A stretch of 64,000 nucleotides of DNA from the NCBI GenBank assembly GCA_965205945.1, contig CBDBIB010000003.1, positions 774,238 to 838,237 of the forward strand, in the 5' to 3' direction. Both the position numbers and the translations under genes were made by a program. Positions within the stretch are counted from its first letter, which is position 1. Every line of letters begins with the position of its first letter. Positions 48,485 through 58,404 of the stretch are shown in pieces. This DNA is from Bdellovibrionales bacterium. Its GTDB lineage: Bacteria > Bdellovibrionota > Bdellovibrionia > Bdellovibrionales > UBA1609. The notes under the pieces were generated by a model that was not told where the DNA came from, searched no databases, and worked only from the letters and a program-made list of their open reading frames with translations.

Positions 48485-49454
48485 TTTAGCATTAGAATTT
48501 GTTCGAGTAACTGAAATGGCGGCTCTTTCAAGCTCAATTTTAATGGGTAGAGGGGATGAGAGAGCTGCAGATCAAGCAGCTGTAGACTCAATGAGAATAG
48601 GGTTTGACTCTATTAAAATGAATGGCCGTGTTGTTATAGGTGAAGGAGAGCGCGATAATGCTCCTATGCTTTATATTGGTGAGGAAGTAGGAACTTGTTT
48701 AAAAGGCGACCCTGAAATTGACATTGCTTTAGATCCTTTAGAAGGAACTACCATTTGTGCAACCGGTGGACCCGGTGCCTTATCAGTGATTGCAGTAGCT
48801 GATAAAGGGAATTTTTTGTATGCCCCAGATACATATATGAATAAAATTGCAGTAGGTCCTAAATGTAAAGGATTAGTTTCTTTAGAGAAGACATCTACTC
48901 AAAATATTAGAGCAGTTGCTAAAGCCTTAAATAAAGAAATTTTTGAAACAACAGTTGTAATTTTAAATAGACTTAGACATAAAAATTTAATCAGTGAAGT
49001 TAGAAAAACTGGAGCTAGAATTAGGCTGATTGACGATGGAGATATCTCTGTTGCGTTAGCGACAGCCTGGGATGATTCTGGAATTGATATGCTTTTAGGT
49101 ATTGGTGGAGCTCCTGAGGGAGTGATCACCGCTGCTGCTTTAAAGTGCTTAGGTGGTGATTTTGAAGGAAAGCTTTGTTGGGCAAATGAGGAGGAAAAAT
49201 TTAGAGCTTTAGGAATGGGAGTTGTCGATCCTAATAAAATTTATAAACTTGATGAGCTTGCAAAAGGCAATGTTATGTTTATTGCAACAGGTGTAACTGA
49301 TGGTCCTCTTTTAAAAGGTGTTCGTATCTTACCTGAAGGGCGTGCTTTAACAGAATCTGTAGTGATGAGATCTGCAACGGGAACTGTAAGACATATTCAA
49401 GCAAAACATAATTTAGAAAAAAAATCTGAAGCTAGAAGACTAAAAGGACCTTAA
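48474..49454 (+). CDS. glpX: Fructose-1,6-bisphosphatase class II
   Basis: RVTE.AA, VVIGEGERD.APML, DPLEGT, GGAPEGV. Confidence 0.96.
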   Translation: MDRNLALEFVRVTEMAALSSSILMGRGDERAADQAAVDSMRIGFDSIKMNGRVVIGEGERDNAPMLYIGEEVGTCLKGDPEIDIALDPLEGTTICATGGPGALSVIAVADKGNFLYAPDTYMNKIAVGPKCKGLVSLEKTSTQNIRAVAKALNKEIFETTVVILNRLRHKNLISEVRKTGARIRLIDDGDISVALATAWDDSGIDMLLGIGGAPEGVITAAALKCLGGDFEGKLCWANEEEKFRALGMGVVDPNKIYKLDELAKGNVMFIATGVTDGPLLKGVRILPEGRALTESVVMRSATGTVRHIQAKHNLEKKSEARRLKGP

Positions 49455-49458
49455 AATT

Positions 49459-49746
49459 GTGGCCCAAGTTAAAGTAAAGTGTTTTTCCTGTAGTAAGGTA
49501 AGTGTTCATGAAAGAATTGGGTTTAGAGCTGAATGTTCTTGTGGGGAAGATTTGCATGTTTGTTTAAATTGCAGATTTTTTGATACAACCTCTTATAATG
49601 AGTGTAGAGAGCCTTTGTCTGATAGAATTAAAACTAAAGACCGTTCAAATTTTTGTGAGTTTTATGAAGCTAAAAATGAAAATACTGTAAAGAGCACTAC
49701 AGCTGATGATTTTTTGGCTGCAGCAGAAAAATTATTTAAGAAATAA
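49459..49746 (+). CDS. Small Cys-rich (zinc-binding) hypothetical protein
   Basis: CxxC, C.C..DLHVC.NC.F, NFCEFY, AEKLFK. Confidence 0.8.
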   Translation: MAQVKVKCFSCSKVSVHERIGFRAECSCGEDLHVCLNCRFFDTTSYNECREPLSDRIKTKDRSNFCEFYEAKNENTVKSTTADDFLAAAEKLFKK

Positions 49747-49840
49747 AGCCTTAAAAAGTATAATTAAAGCTTTGATCCTGCGGCCTAGACTTGACCTTTT
49801 TTGTTCCTAAACAGACAATTTGAGTTAATGGGGGCTTATA

Positions 49841-51910
49841 ATGTATAAATATATGTTGCTTTTATTAAGTGCAGCTTTTTTTATGTTGAGCCCATATATA
49901 AACGCAAATATTGTTGGGGCAGATACACAAAATTTTAATCCGAATTATGGTTATAATGATTTTGTGACGGTTAGATCTTCAAAGATAATCCCTAAAGCTC
50001 ATTTTAATATATTATTTTTTCTAGATTATTCCTTAGAGTCATTACCTGTTTATCCAGATGAATTTTCTCCTACAGTCGAGAATACAGAAAATATTGGTGA
50101 TACGGCTATATATACTCATTTAGGATTTGGACTGGGCGTAACAGATTGGTTAGATATTGGTGCAAGCTTTCCATATATAGTAAATCAAAATGTAGAAAGT
50201 CCTCAGCCACGTGGACAGTTTGCTGAAAATGGTGCTGTTGAGATGAGGTTTGCAGCTAAAGCTAGGCTTTTTAATTTTAAAGAAAGTGGAGGACTTGCTA
50301 TTTTAGGATCAATTGGAATTAATAAAGTTGATTTTAACCCTTTTATAGGTAGTGATCCTGGGCCAACATTAAACTTTGAGGTTATTGCAGATAAGAAACT
50401 TGGGGAGTTTCACTTAAGTGGAAATATTGGCTATAGGCTTCGTGATCCAGGGGAATCAAATAAAGATGTTGGTGGAATAAAAATTCAGCCAAATGATGAT
50501 ATTGTTATTGCATCTTTAGGGCTGGCCTATAATTTTAATAGAAATTTAGATTTAATAGGTGAGTTTTGGGCCGCATGGCCTGATGGAGATTTTGGTAGTG
50601 TCGCTATTCAAAGGGATATTAAATCTTATGAAGCTTTATTCGGTCTAAAATATAAATACCATAAAAATTTAAATTTTTATGGTGGCTTAACAACAGGAAT
50701 CAATAAAGGCTTATCTACTCCAGCTTATAGAGCTTATGGTGGATTAAATTGGACGTTTAATGCTTTTGGGGATGTACATAAAATTCGAAATTTTAAGAAA
50801 GCAAGCATTATTATTAACAAAGAATCTTTTTATAACCCTGGCTTTAGGCAAGGTTATATAGCCGGCTATGGACTAGGACCTTATGCAAATAAGGGTTTTA
50901 ATTATGGACAATCATTAAATGGTGGTCCTGAATATCCAGAAGGCTTTTATGATGGCTATGTCGCGGCAGAAAATTCTTTTCCTGAAAAAGTTATTGCAAA
51001 AACAACATATTCAAAATGTTATAGAGTAGGATTTCAAGGAAAAATTGGAAATGGTCCTGCTGAAGGGCAGGGTTTAGGGTATGGTAGTATTTTAGGTTTA
51101 GGCTTAGACTGTTCAAAGGGTTATGATCAAGGTTATAATGACTCTCCAAATCCAATAGAAAGACAAGAATCCTATTATAATCCTGGTTATAGAGAAGGGT
51201 ATAAGGCTGGATATGGACTAGGGCCTTATGCAAAACTAGGTGTTGATCATGGCTCTCGTCTTGATGGAGGAAGAGGGTTTTCCAAAGGTTTTTCTGATGG
51301 ATATACTGATGTAATTGGACCATTTCCTGGAAATAATAAAACTAGAGTTTATGGACAGGGCTATAGGTTAGGTTTTCAAGGAAAATTAGGTAAAGGACCT
51401 GGTAAAGAGACAGATTCAAATTTTGGTTCTGCTATTAATCCTATAGAGCCTTTTCCATTAGGTTTTGAGCATGGATGGATTGATGCTTCTGATCTGATAC
51501 CAGACCCTATTGTATTAGATGCAAATAATGGAGATGTGTTTGATGGGCTAGAGGCTAAAAAAGAAGAAAGTTTTAGATTAGAAAATGTATTGTTTGATGT
51601 AGGGTCATATAGCTTAAGAAGTGTAACATTTTTAGCCTTAGATTCTTTAGCTAGACATTTACAAAAAGGGAATAGGTTTAGACGTTTTATTATTGAAGGT
51701 CATACAGATAGTGATGGAGATAAAGCTTACAATAAAAAATTAAGTTTGCAACGAGCAATGTCGGTTAGAAAATATTTAATAGATGTTCATGATTTAGATG
51801 GTGATAAAATTATTGTTGATGGTTTTGGTGAAAGAAAACCCCTTGTTCCAAACAATTCTAAAGCAAATAAACAAAAAAATAGAAGAGTAGAATTTAAAAT
51901 TTCAAGATGA
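49841..51910 (+). CDS. Outer-membrane protein: N-terminal beta-barrel, Gly/Tyr repeats, C-terminal OmpA domain
   Basis: Signal peptide; EGHTD, NKKLSLQRA, GFGE, NRRVEF. Confidence 0.9.
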   Translation: MYKYMLLLLSAAFFMLSPYINANIVGADTQNFNPNYGYNDFVTVRSSKIIPKAHFNILFFLDYSLESLPVYPDEFSPTVENTENIGDTAIYTHLGFGLGVTDWLDIGASFPYIVNQNVESPQPRGQFAENGAVEMRFAAKARLFNFKESGGLAILGSIGINKVDFNPFIGSDPGPTLNFEVIADKKLGEFHLSGNIGYRLRDPGESNKDVGGIKIQPNDDIVIASLGLAYNFNRNLDLIGEFWAAWPDGDFGSVAIQRDIKSYEALFGLKYKYHKNLNFYGGLTTGINKGLSTPAYRAYGGLNWTFNAFGDVHKIRNFKKASIIINKESFYNPGFRQGYIAGYGLGPYANKGFNYGQSLNGGPEYPEGFYDGYVAAENSFPEKVIAKTTYSKCYRVGFQGKIGNGPAEGQGLGYGSILGLGLDCSKGYDQGYNDSPNPIERQESYYNPGYREGYKAGYGLGPYAKLGVDHGSRLDGGRGFSKGFSDGYTDVIGPFPGNNKTRVYGQGYRLGFQGKLGKGPGKETDSNFGSAINPIEPFPLGFEHGWIDASDLIPDPIVLDANNGDVFDGLEAKKEESFRLENVLFDVGSYSLRSVTFLALDSLARHLQKGNRFRRFIIEGHTDSDGDKAYNKKLSLQRAMSVRKYLIDVHDLDGDKIIVDGFGERKPLVPNNSKANKQKNRRVEFKISR

Positions 51911-51967
51911 GTGTTAAAATAATATTTTAATAAAAGTTACGCACATAGCCTAAAAGCTAAGGTTTAA

Positions 51968-52207
51968 AGAAGATTAAAAATTTTAATAACGCAAGAGAAC
52001 TTAACTCTTGTTAATGGTGGCTCAACTATACATGTTACTAATATGAGGGGTATGTTTTTTAATGCAATTAAAGCAACCCCTGATACTTCTAAGGTTATTA
52101 ATGTGAGTTCTGTGTTTTTTTTCTCTGTAGATCGAGTAATCCCTGACACCTCTGGCCCTGGCTGGAATACTTTTATGGTTACTAGTATGAGCTATACCCT
52201 TTTTTAA
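51968..52207 (+). pseudogene. BspA/DUF285 surface-repeat gene remnant
   Basis: + frame reads VTNMRGMFFNAIKATPDTS and PDTSGPGWNTFMVTSMSY; no credible start. Confidence 0.65.
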
Positions 52208-52215
52208 ATTTAATT

Positions 52216-53301
52216 CTACTGATTTCTAGGGGAGGTAAACAGTTGTACATCATTTTCTCCGTCATAAATAATTGCATCAGCTTGTAAACCAAAATCATCC
52301 ATAACTCTTTGAACCAATCTTCCATTGGGAGTACTTAGAAACAAAGGAATTAATTCGCTTTGGACCTCTTCTATTCTATCACTGTTATAATAGCCCTCTA
52401 TCGCTTTAAGAGTCCTTTGATTTATTATACCCAAGTTTGCTATTCTTCGAGGTGAGTATTCCCTCGGCGGAGAACTCTTTGAAAATACTTCTTGGTATTG
52501 ATCACGTATGATATCACTACCGTAAAAAGGCCTATCTGCACCTCTAAATACATTGAGGATATCAATTGTGGCAGGTGAATATCTAACATGAAAAAGGACT
52601 CCTTCTCCATTTGTAATAATGTCATGTTCGCCCTTTACGGTTCCACGTGTTAATTTGGTAGTTTTTATTAGTTGATCCACTCTTTCTCTATATTTATTAT
52701 CAATATCACGTAATCTTTCATGTAGACCTGGATCCAAAATAGGATTTTTATACTTAGTTTTAATTTTTGTCGGAAAGTCTTCTTGGTACTCTGCTCTCGC
52801 TCCTCCAGAAATTATGCCTTGAGCTCCAGAAGTAATACCTGCTTGTTGAGAGACAGAAGCCTGCACATTTAAAAGCTCTTGCCCTCTTAGATTAGGGGAA
52901 CCATGTTTAACACTCTCTTGCCCAACTCCACCTCCTTCGGGTTGAACACTAAGCTCCTCTTCCTCAACCTCAACAGCGCTTGAGCGACAGCAAGAAGTAA
53001 GGCTCTTAAATGCTGATCTTATCAAACCACCTAATTCTTCAAAGATTAGGCCAGAGGGATCAGTAAAGTTTAGGGGTTCACCATTAGAATAACCATAGGC
53101 TGATGGGTATTGTGATAACGGATCTGGAGTTAAAAAACGTCCAAATTGAGGGAGATAATATCTGTTTTGAAAATAGTAAAGAGAGCTTGAGGCTTGATAG
53201 CTTTGCCCCGTAAATTCGGGTGGAATACTACTGGTTTGCCCAAAAACAAACTGAGTTTTTAAAATGATAAAAATTAAAAAAGTAAAGTATTTAAAATTCA
53301 T
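52216..53301 (-). CDS. Signal-peptide + RHS-associated core + variable C-terminal (putative toxin) domain
   Basis: FTGQ...LYYFQNRYY.P..GRFLTPDP...Y.Y..GEP...DPSG; likely start ATG 53301. Confidence 0.8.
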   Translation of the reverse strand: MNFKYFTFLIFIILKTQFVFGQTSSIPPEFTGQSYQASSSLYYFQNRYYLPQFGRFLTPDPLSQYPSAYGYSNGEPLNFTDPSGLIFEELGGLIRSAFKSLTSCCRSSAVEVEEEELSVQPEGGGVGQESVKHGSPNLRGQELLNVQASVSQQAGITSGAQGIISGGARAEYQEDFPTKIKTKYKNPILDPGLHERLRDIDNKYRERVDQLIKTTKLTRGTVKGEHDIITNGEGVLFHVRYSPATIDILNVFRGADRPFYGSDIIRDQYQEVFSKSSPPREYSPRRIANLGIINQRTLKAIEGYYNSDRIEEVQSELIPLFLSTPNGRLVQRVMDDFGLQADAIIYDGENDVQLFTSPRNQ

Positions 53302-53735
53302 TTTTGTCTTTAGTTGGTTAGGGTTAGCTGTAATCAATATAACCGTATAAATGAGATTAGCCAAATGGATTTCTTTAAAAATTCCGGACTGTAATTTAGT
53401 GCGATCTGCTGTTAAAATTTTTATACTGCACTGGACTTATATAATCAAGTGCAGAGTGTTTTCTTTTTCTATTGTACTAAGTCTTAATATATTTAAGAAC
53501 AATCGATCTGACTTCAGTCTCTTTTTTTTATATTATAAAAAATGAGTTGGAAGTTATGGTATTTAAAAATAGAGTGTATACAAAAGTTAAAGATAGTACT
53601 TAATGGTACAATGCAGAAATATTAGACACTTTACTAGACTATGTGAGTTTAGTAGAGTATGAAAAAAAACTGTTAATTTAGTTGCATGAGTAACTGTCCA
53701 TTTTTTCTAAATAAAAGTTAATGAGGAGATAAAAG

Positions 53736-54155
53736 ATGGCTCAAGCATCAATAAAAGAACTTTTTAATTATAAGGTTGAAGATATATTCTCAGTAATTAT
53801 GAATTTTAAAGAGTATCCGGATTTTTTACCTGAAGTAAGTTCTTGTAAAGTTTTTTTAGGAGAAAATCATAAAGATGTTGAGATGACTGTTAATTTTATT
53901 AAAACTACTAAATATGTGATTAGAGTTTATAATGAAGGAAAGACTAAAATTTGGTGGGAACTTGTACAAGGAGATCTTTTTAAAAAGAACAATGGTGTAT
54001 GGATACTTGATCCTATGGGATCACAAACTCAAGTTGAATATTCTTTAGATGTAGATTTTAAAATTTTTGTTCCAAAAATCATTGCAAAAAAAGCTGTTTC
54101 AATGAGTTTACCTGCTATGGTCAAAAATTTTAAGAAAAGAATTGGTAGCGTTTGA
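53736..54155 (+). CDS. SRPBCC/START-fold (RatA/COQ10-like) protein
   Basis: F.VI.NF..YPDFLP, FKKNNG.W, M..F..R; GAGGAG RBS. Confidence 0.85.
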   Translation: MAQASIKELFNYKVEDIFSVIMNFKEYPDFLPEVSSCKVFLGENHKDVEMTVNFIKTTKYVIRVYNEGKTKIWWELVQGDLFKKNNGVWILDPMGSQTQVEYSLDVDFKIFVPKIIAKKAVSMSLPAMVKNFKKRIGSV

Positions 54156-55090
54156 GTTTTATAGATTTTGAACATAAACTTTTAAAAACACTAAGAGAAA
54201 GTGTTAAAAATTTATTAGGTAAAGATATAGTCATAGCTTGTTCAGGAGGAGCTGATTCAGTAGCCCTGTTTGTAGCTTTAAATAGAATTAACTCTATTAT
54301 TAAGGCTCAAATTAAGCTTTTACATGTTCACCATGGACCTTTAAAAGGTGTTCAGGGTGAATATAGAGATAATGCCGCTCATTTTTGTCATAAGCTTTCT
54401 AAGCAGTATAAGACGGACTTTGAATTGATAACATCAAGAGAAGAGCTTATTTCAGAAAAAAAATGTCGTGATTTTAGGCACGTTTGTTTTGAAAAATATG
54501 AAAATGTTTTTTTAGGGCAACATGCTGACGATTTTATGGAAACAGTTCTTATTAGAATGATGAGAGGAACGGGTCCACAAGGGCTGGTGAATCCATTTTC
54601 AAAGAGATTTATAAGGCCATTTATTGAGCATTTTAATAGAACTGAAATACTAGGTTATCTTAAATTTTTAGGGCAAGAATTTTTAAAAGACCCTTCAAAT
54701 TCAGACACCACATACTTACGAAACTGGTTAAGAAATGAGTGGTTGGTTGAATTAAAAAAAAAGAGAGGAATTAAGGGTTTAAGAAGAAGTTTTAATCTTT
54801 TACATGAAAGATTAAGCCTTGATGATAAAGTTGATTTTAAAGAGGTAAAATTTAAAAGTAACTATACATTTGGGAGTTTTAATTACGATTATTGGTTAAG
54901 TTTGAGTAGGTTTCAAAAACAGTCCATCATAGCTCATATTCTACTAAAAACTGTAAAAATAGGGTATACTAAAGGCCAGATTGATGAAGTTATAAAGTAT
55001 CTTGATCTTAAAGAAAGAATAATAAAATTAAAGATAGGCGGAGTCTATTGGGAAAAACAAAATGAACAAGTTCAATTTAATAAAACCTAA
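54152..55090 (+). CDS. tilS: tRNA(Ile)-lysidine synthase
   Basis: SGGADS PP-loop, HADDFMET, RGTG, DPSN..Y.RN. Confidence 0.92.
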   Translation: MSFIDFEHKLLKTLRESVKNLLGKDIVIACSGGADSVALFVALNRINSIIKAQIKLLHVHHGPLKGVQGEYRDNAAHFCHKLSKQYKTDFELITSREELISEKKCRDFRHVCFEKYENVFLGQHADDFMETVLIRMMRGTGPQGLVNPFSKRFIRPFIEHFNRTEILGYLKFLGQEFLKDPSNSDTTYLRNWLRNEWLVELKKKRGIKGLRRSFNLLHERLSLDDKVDFKEVKFKSNYTFGSFNYDYWLSLSRFQKQSIIAHILLKTVKIGYTKGQIDEVIKYLDLKERIIKLKIGGVYWEKQNEQVQFNKT

Positions 55091-55189
55091 GGATAGTTGT
55101 TGTGTTAAGGGTGGTATTGAATTATTCCGATAATTATTAATAAACATAATTAAGAAATTAATTTAGAAGTAAAAAGAAAGGTCAACGTT

Positions 55190-57169
55190 ATGAAACCAAC
55201 CCAAAAGACATTTGCAATTTGGATATTGTTATTACTTGGGGTCGTATTTTTTGGACAACAGTATGCCTTAAATCATGAAGAGACTGTTAAAAATTTTACT
55301 TATCCAATGTTTATAAAAGCTTTGCAGGATAAGAAGATTAAAGAAGACAGTATTGTTTTTTATACTGTTAAAGGAGAAATTGGTGGAGAAGTAAAGGCGG
55401 AGCATAAAGGTGAGTTTAAAGGGGTTAAATTTAAATTTGCTGGAGATATTGGTGATGAAGGAGCTAAAGAGTTAAAAAAGATGGGAATCATTCCATCTTA
55501 TAATAATCAAGATAGTGCTATGTGGACTGCAGTTTTTTTTAATTTATTGCCTTTAATAATCATAATAGGTTTATTTATATTTTTTATGAAACAACTCCAA
55601 GCTGGTGGTGGAAAAGCTTTAAGCTTTGGAAGAAGCAAGGCTAAGCTTCTTAATGAGAATACAAAAAAAGTAACCTTTAAAGATGTTGCAGGTATTCAAG
55701 AGGCAAAGGAAGAGTTAGAAGAGATAGTTCATTTTTTAAAAGATCCTAAAAAATTCACAAACCTTGGAGGTAGAATTCCAAAGGGTGTTTTACTAGTGGG
55801 CTTTCCTGGAACGGGTAAGACTTTACTTGCAAGGGCTGTGGCGGGAGAGGCTGAAGTGCCATTTTTTTCAATTTCAGGTTCGGATTTTGTAGAAATGTTT
55901 GTTGGAGTGGGGGCTTCTAGGGTTAGAGATATGTTTGATCAAGGCAAAAGAAATTCGCCTTGTATTATATTTATTGATGAAATTGATGCTGTTGGTAGAC
56001 ACCGTGGTGCTGGGATGGGTGGTGGCCATGATGAAAGAGAGCAGACTTTAAATCAACTTTTAGTTGAAATGGATGGTTTTGAAGGAAATAGTGGAATTAT
56101 TATTATCGCAGCAACAAATAGGGCCGATGTTTTAGACCCAGCTTTGTTAAGGCCTGGACGGTTTGATAGAAGAATTATGGTTGGAAAGCCAGATTTAAAT
56201 GGACGCTTTGATATCTTAAAAGTACATTCAAAAAAAACGCCTTTGGCATCGGACGTGGATTTAAAAAAAATTGCTAGAGGAACTCCTGGTTTTTCTGGAG
56301 CTGATTTAGAAAACTTAATTAATGAAGCAGCATTATGGGCAGCAAGGTTGAGTAAGAGTTTAGTTGATTCAAAAGATTTTGAAATGGCAAAAGATAAAGT
56401 CCTAATGGGTAGTGAACGTAAATCCATGATTATTAGTGATGAAGATAAAAAGATCACCGCTTACCATGAAGCAGGCCATACGCTTGTAGGTCAAATTTTA
56501 CCAAACTTAGATCCTATTCATAAAGTTTCAATTATGCCAAGAGGAAGAGCGCTAGGAATTACAATGACTCTTCCTGAAAAAGATAGTTTAAGTTTATCTA
56601 AATCTAAAATAAGAAATGAGTTAGCTGTCTTATATGGTGGACGAGCAGCTGAAGAAATCATTTTTAATGACATCACCACTGGTGCAAGTAACGATATTGA
56701 AAGAGCTTCAGAAATAGCAAGGAAAATGGTTACTGAGTGGGGTATGAGTGAAAAACTAGGTCCTTTAACATATACTCAACAAAGTGGGCCTGTTTTTCAA
56801 GGGCTTCAACAGCAAGATGGACAGGTTACATACTCTGATACTAAAGCACTTCAAATAGATGAAGAGGTAGATAGAATTATAAAGCAAGCTTATAACCGTG
56901 CTTTAAGTATTTTAAAAAAACATGCTGAAAAACTTGAAATTATAACACAAGCACTCTTACAATTTGAAACTATTAGTGGAGCTGAAGTTAAACTTCTTAT
57001 TTCTGGTGGAAGTTTAAAGGATATTGAAAAGAAAAGAGAGGAATTAGAAAAAAAGCTTTCTTCTGAAAATCTTGTGGAAGAGAAAAAGAAAAAAGTTGAA
57101 GAAGAAGTTAAGCAGAAGGCGCAAGCTTCTGTTGATATGCCTTTAGATTCCACTGAGCCAGTAGTTTAG
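55190..57169 (+). CDS. ftsH: ATP-dependent zinc metalloprotease FtsH
   Basis: 2 TM, PGTGKT, FIDEID, RPGRFDR, HEAGH. Confidence 0.98.
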   Translation: MKPTQKTFAIWILLLLGVVFFGQQYALNHEETVKNFTYPMFIKALQDKKIKEDSIVFYTVKGEIGGEVKAEHKGEFKGVKFKFAGDIGDEGAKELKKMGIIPSYNNQDSAMWTAVFFNLLPLIIIIGLFIFFMKQLQAGGGKALSFGRSKAKLLNENTKKVTFKDVAGIQEAKEELEEIVHFLKDPKKFTNLGGRIPKGVLLVGFPGTGKTLLARAVAGEAEVPFFSISGSDFVEMFVGVGASRVRDMFDQGKRNSPCIIFIDEIDAVGRHRGAGMGGGHDEREQTLNQLLVEMDGFEGNSGIIIIAATNRADVLDPALLRPGRFDRRIMVGKPDLNGRFDILKVHSKKTPLASDVDLKKIARGTPGFSGADLENLINEAALWAARLSKSLVDSKDFEMAKDKVLMGSERKSMIISDEDKKITAYHEAGHTLVGQILPNLDPIHKVSIMPRGRALGITMTLPEKDSLSLSKSKIRNELAVLYGGRAAEEIIFNDITTGASNDIERASEIARKMVTEWGMSEKLGPLTYTQQSGPVFQGLQQQDGQVTYSDTKALQIDEEVDRIIKQAYNRALSILKKHAEKLEIITQALLQFETISGAEVKLLISGGSLKDIEKKREELEKKLSSENLVEEKKKKVEEEVKQKAQASVDMPLDSTEPVV

Positions 57170-57172
57170 GCA

Positions 57173-57961
57173 ATGATGATAGAAGGGCTCATTTTTTTTA
57201 TTAGTAATTTAGAGATCAAAGATTTTATTGATCTTTTTTTACTATGGGTTGTTTTTTATCAAATATTTAAATTTTCTGAAAAGTCTGGGATTTTTCAAGT
57301 TCTTTTAGGTTTAGGCGTGGTTGCTTTAGCTTTTTTTATGAGCGCAAAATTAGAATTTATTGCTGTACACACTCTTTTACAAAATGTATTTGCTAATTTG
57401 TTTTTAGTTTTAGCATTGATTTTTCAATCTGAAATTAGAAGAGGACTTTCTCAATTAGGAAGTCAAAGTTTATTTAAAGATATAGAAACTGTAGAAGCAG
57501 CACATATTACTGAAGAGATATCTAAAGCAATTGCTCAATTGTCTAAAAAAGGAACTGGAGCTTTGATTGTTTTTGAAAAAAAAATGGATCTTTCAGGATT
57601 TATTGATAGTGGAGTTGAGATTTCAAGTTCTATAAAATCAGAATTAATCGAAGCAGTATTTCACCCATCATCTAAAATACACGATGGAGCTATTATTATT
57701 AAGCAAGGAAAAATACAAAGTGCGGGAGCTTTTTTGCCTCTAAGTACAAATCCAGCTTTAGACAAAAAATTAGGAACTAGGCATAGATCAGCCCTGGGAA
57801 TAACGGAAGTAACAGATTCAAAAGTTATTGTAGTTAGTGAGGAAAGTAAGAACATAGCATTAGTAGAAGAAGGACGTTTAAATTTTGTATATGATTTAGG
57901 AGAGCTAAGTGCGGAGATTAGAAATTTCTTATCTATAAAAAGACAAGGTTTTAAACGATGA
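57173..57961 (+). CDS. cdaA: Diadenylate cyclase CdaA
   Basis: 3 TM, FQSEIRR, HDGA and GTRHR motifs, VSEE. Confidence 0.93.
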   Translation: MMIEGLIFFISNLEIKDFIDLFLLWVVFYQIFKFSEKSGIFQVLLGLGVVALAFFMSAKLEFIAVHTLLQNVFANLFLVLALIFQSEIRRGLSQLGSQSLFKDIETVEAAHITEEISKAIAQLSKKGTGALIVFEKKMDLSGFIDSGVEISSSIKSELIEAVFHPSSKIHDGAIIIKQGKIQSAGAFLPLSTNPALDKKLGTRHRSALGITEVTDSKVIVVSEESKNIALVEEGRLNFVYDLGELSAEIRNFLSIKRQGFKR

Positions 57962-58404
57962 ATAATTTTTTTGAAGTTATTTTTTTAGAAAATTGGAAGA
58001 TTAAAATCTACGCTTTAATTGTTAGTTTAGTATTATGGTCTGTTTTATTAAGCCAAAGGTCTTTAGTGGTGTCTAAGGAGGTTCCAGTAGAGTATTTAAT
58101 AAGTCCCAATACTATTGTTCAAGACTCTGTAGAGAAAATAGTAGTAACAATTTCTGCGACAAAGTCAGTACTTCAAACTTTTATACCTGAAAACTCAGCC
58201 CCATTAATAGATCTTAGAAATCTATCCTCTGGATATAAGAAAATACCCATTAAAATAGAATCTATAGTTATGCCTAGAGGGGCTAAAGTATTGGCAGTAA
58301 AGCCTAAAGTAGTCACGTTATATTTAAAAGCAAAGGAGAAGAGCTCTAAAAATATTGATTCTAATCTAGATATAAAAGAAAAAAAAGGGGGGCATAATGA
58401 ATAA
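57958..58404 (+). CDS. cdaR: YbbR-domain regulator CdaR (single domain)
   Basis: NWKIK...LW TM anchor, position between cdaA and glmM. Confidence 0.75.
   Translation: MNNFFEVIFLENWKIKIYALIVSLVLWSVLLSQRSLVVSKEVPVEYLISPNTIVQDSVEKIVVTISATKSVLQTFIPENSAPLIDLRNLSSGYKKIPIKIESIVMPRGAKVLAVKPKVVTLYLKAKEKSSKNIDSNLDIKEKKGGHNE

Noticed and set aside
51964..52149. 61-aa minus-strand ORF
   Set aside because: Antisense shadow of the DUF285 remnant.
53351..53545. 64-aa ORF as RHS immunity gene
   Set aside because: Divergent and upstream of the RHS gene, no RBS or motif.
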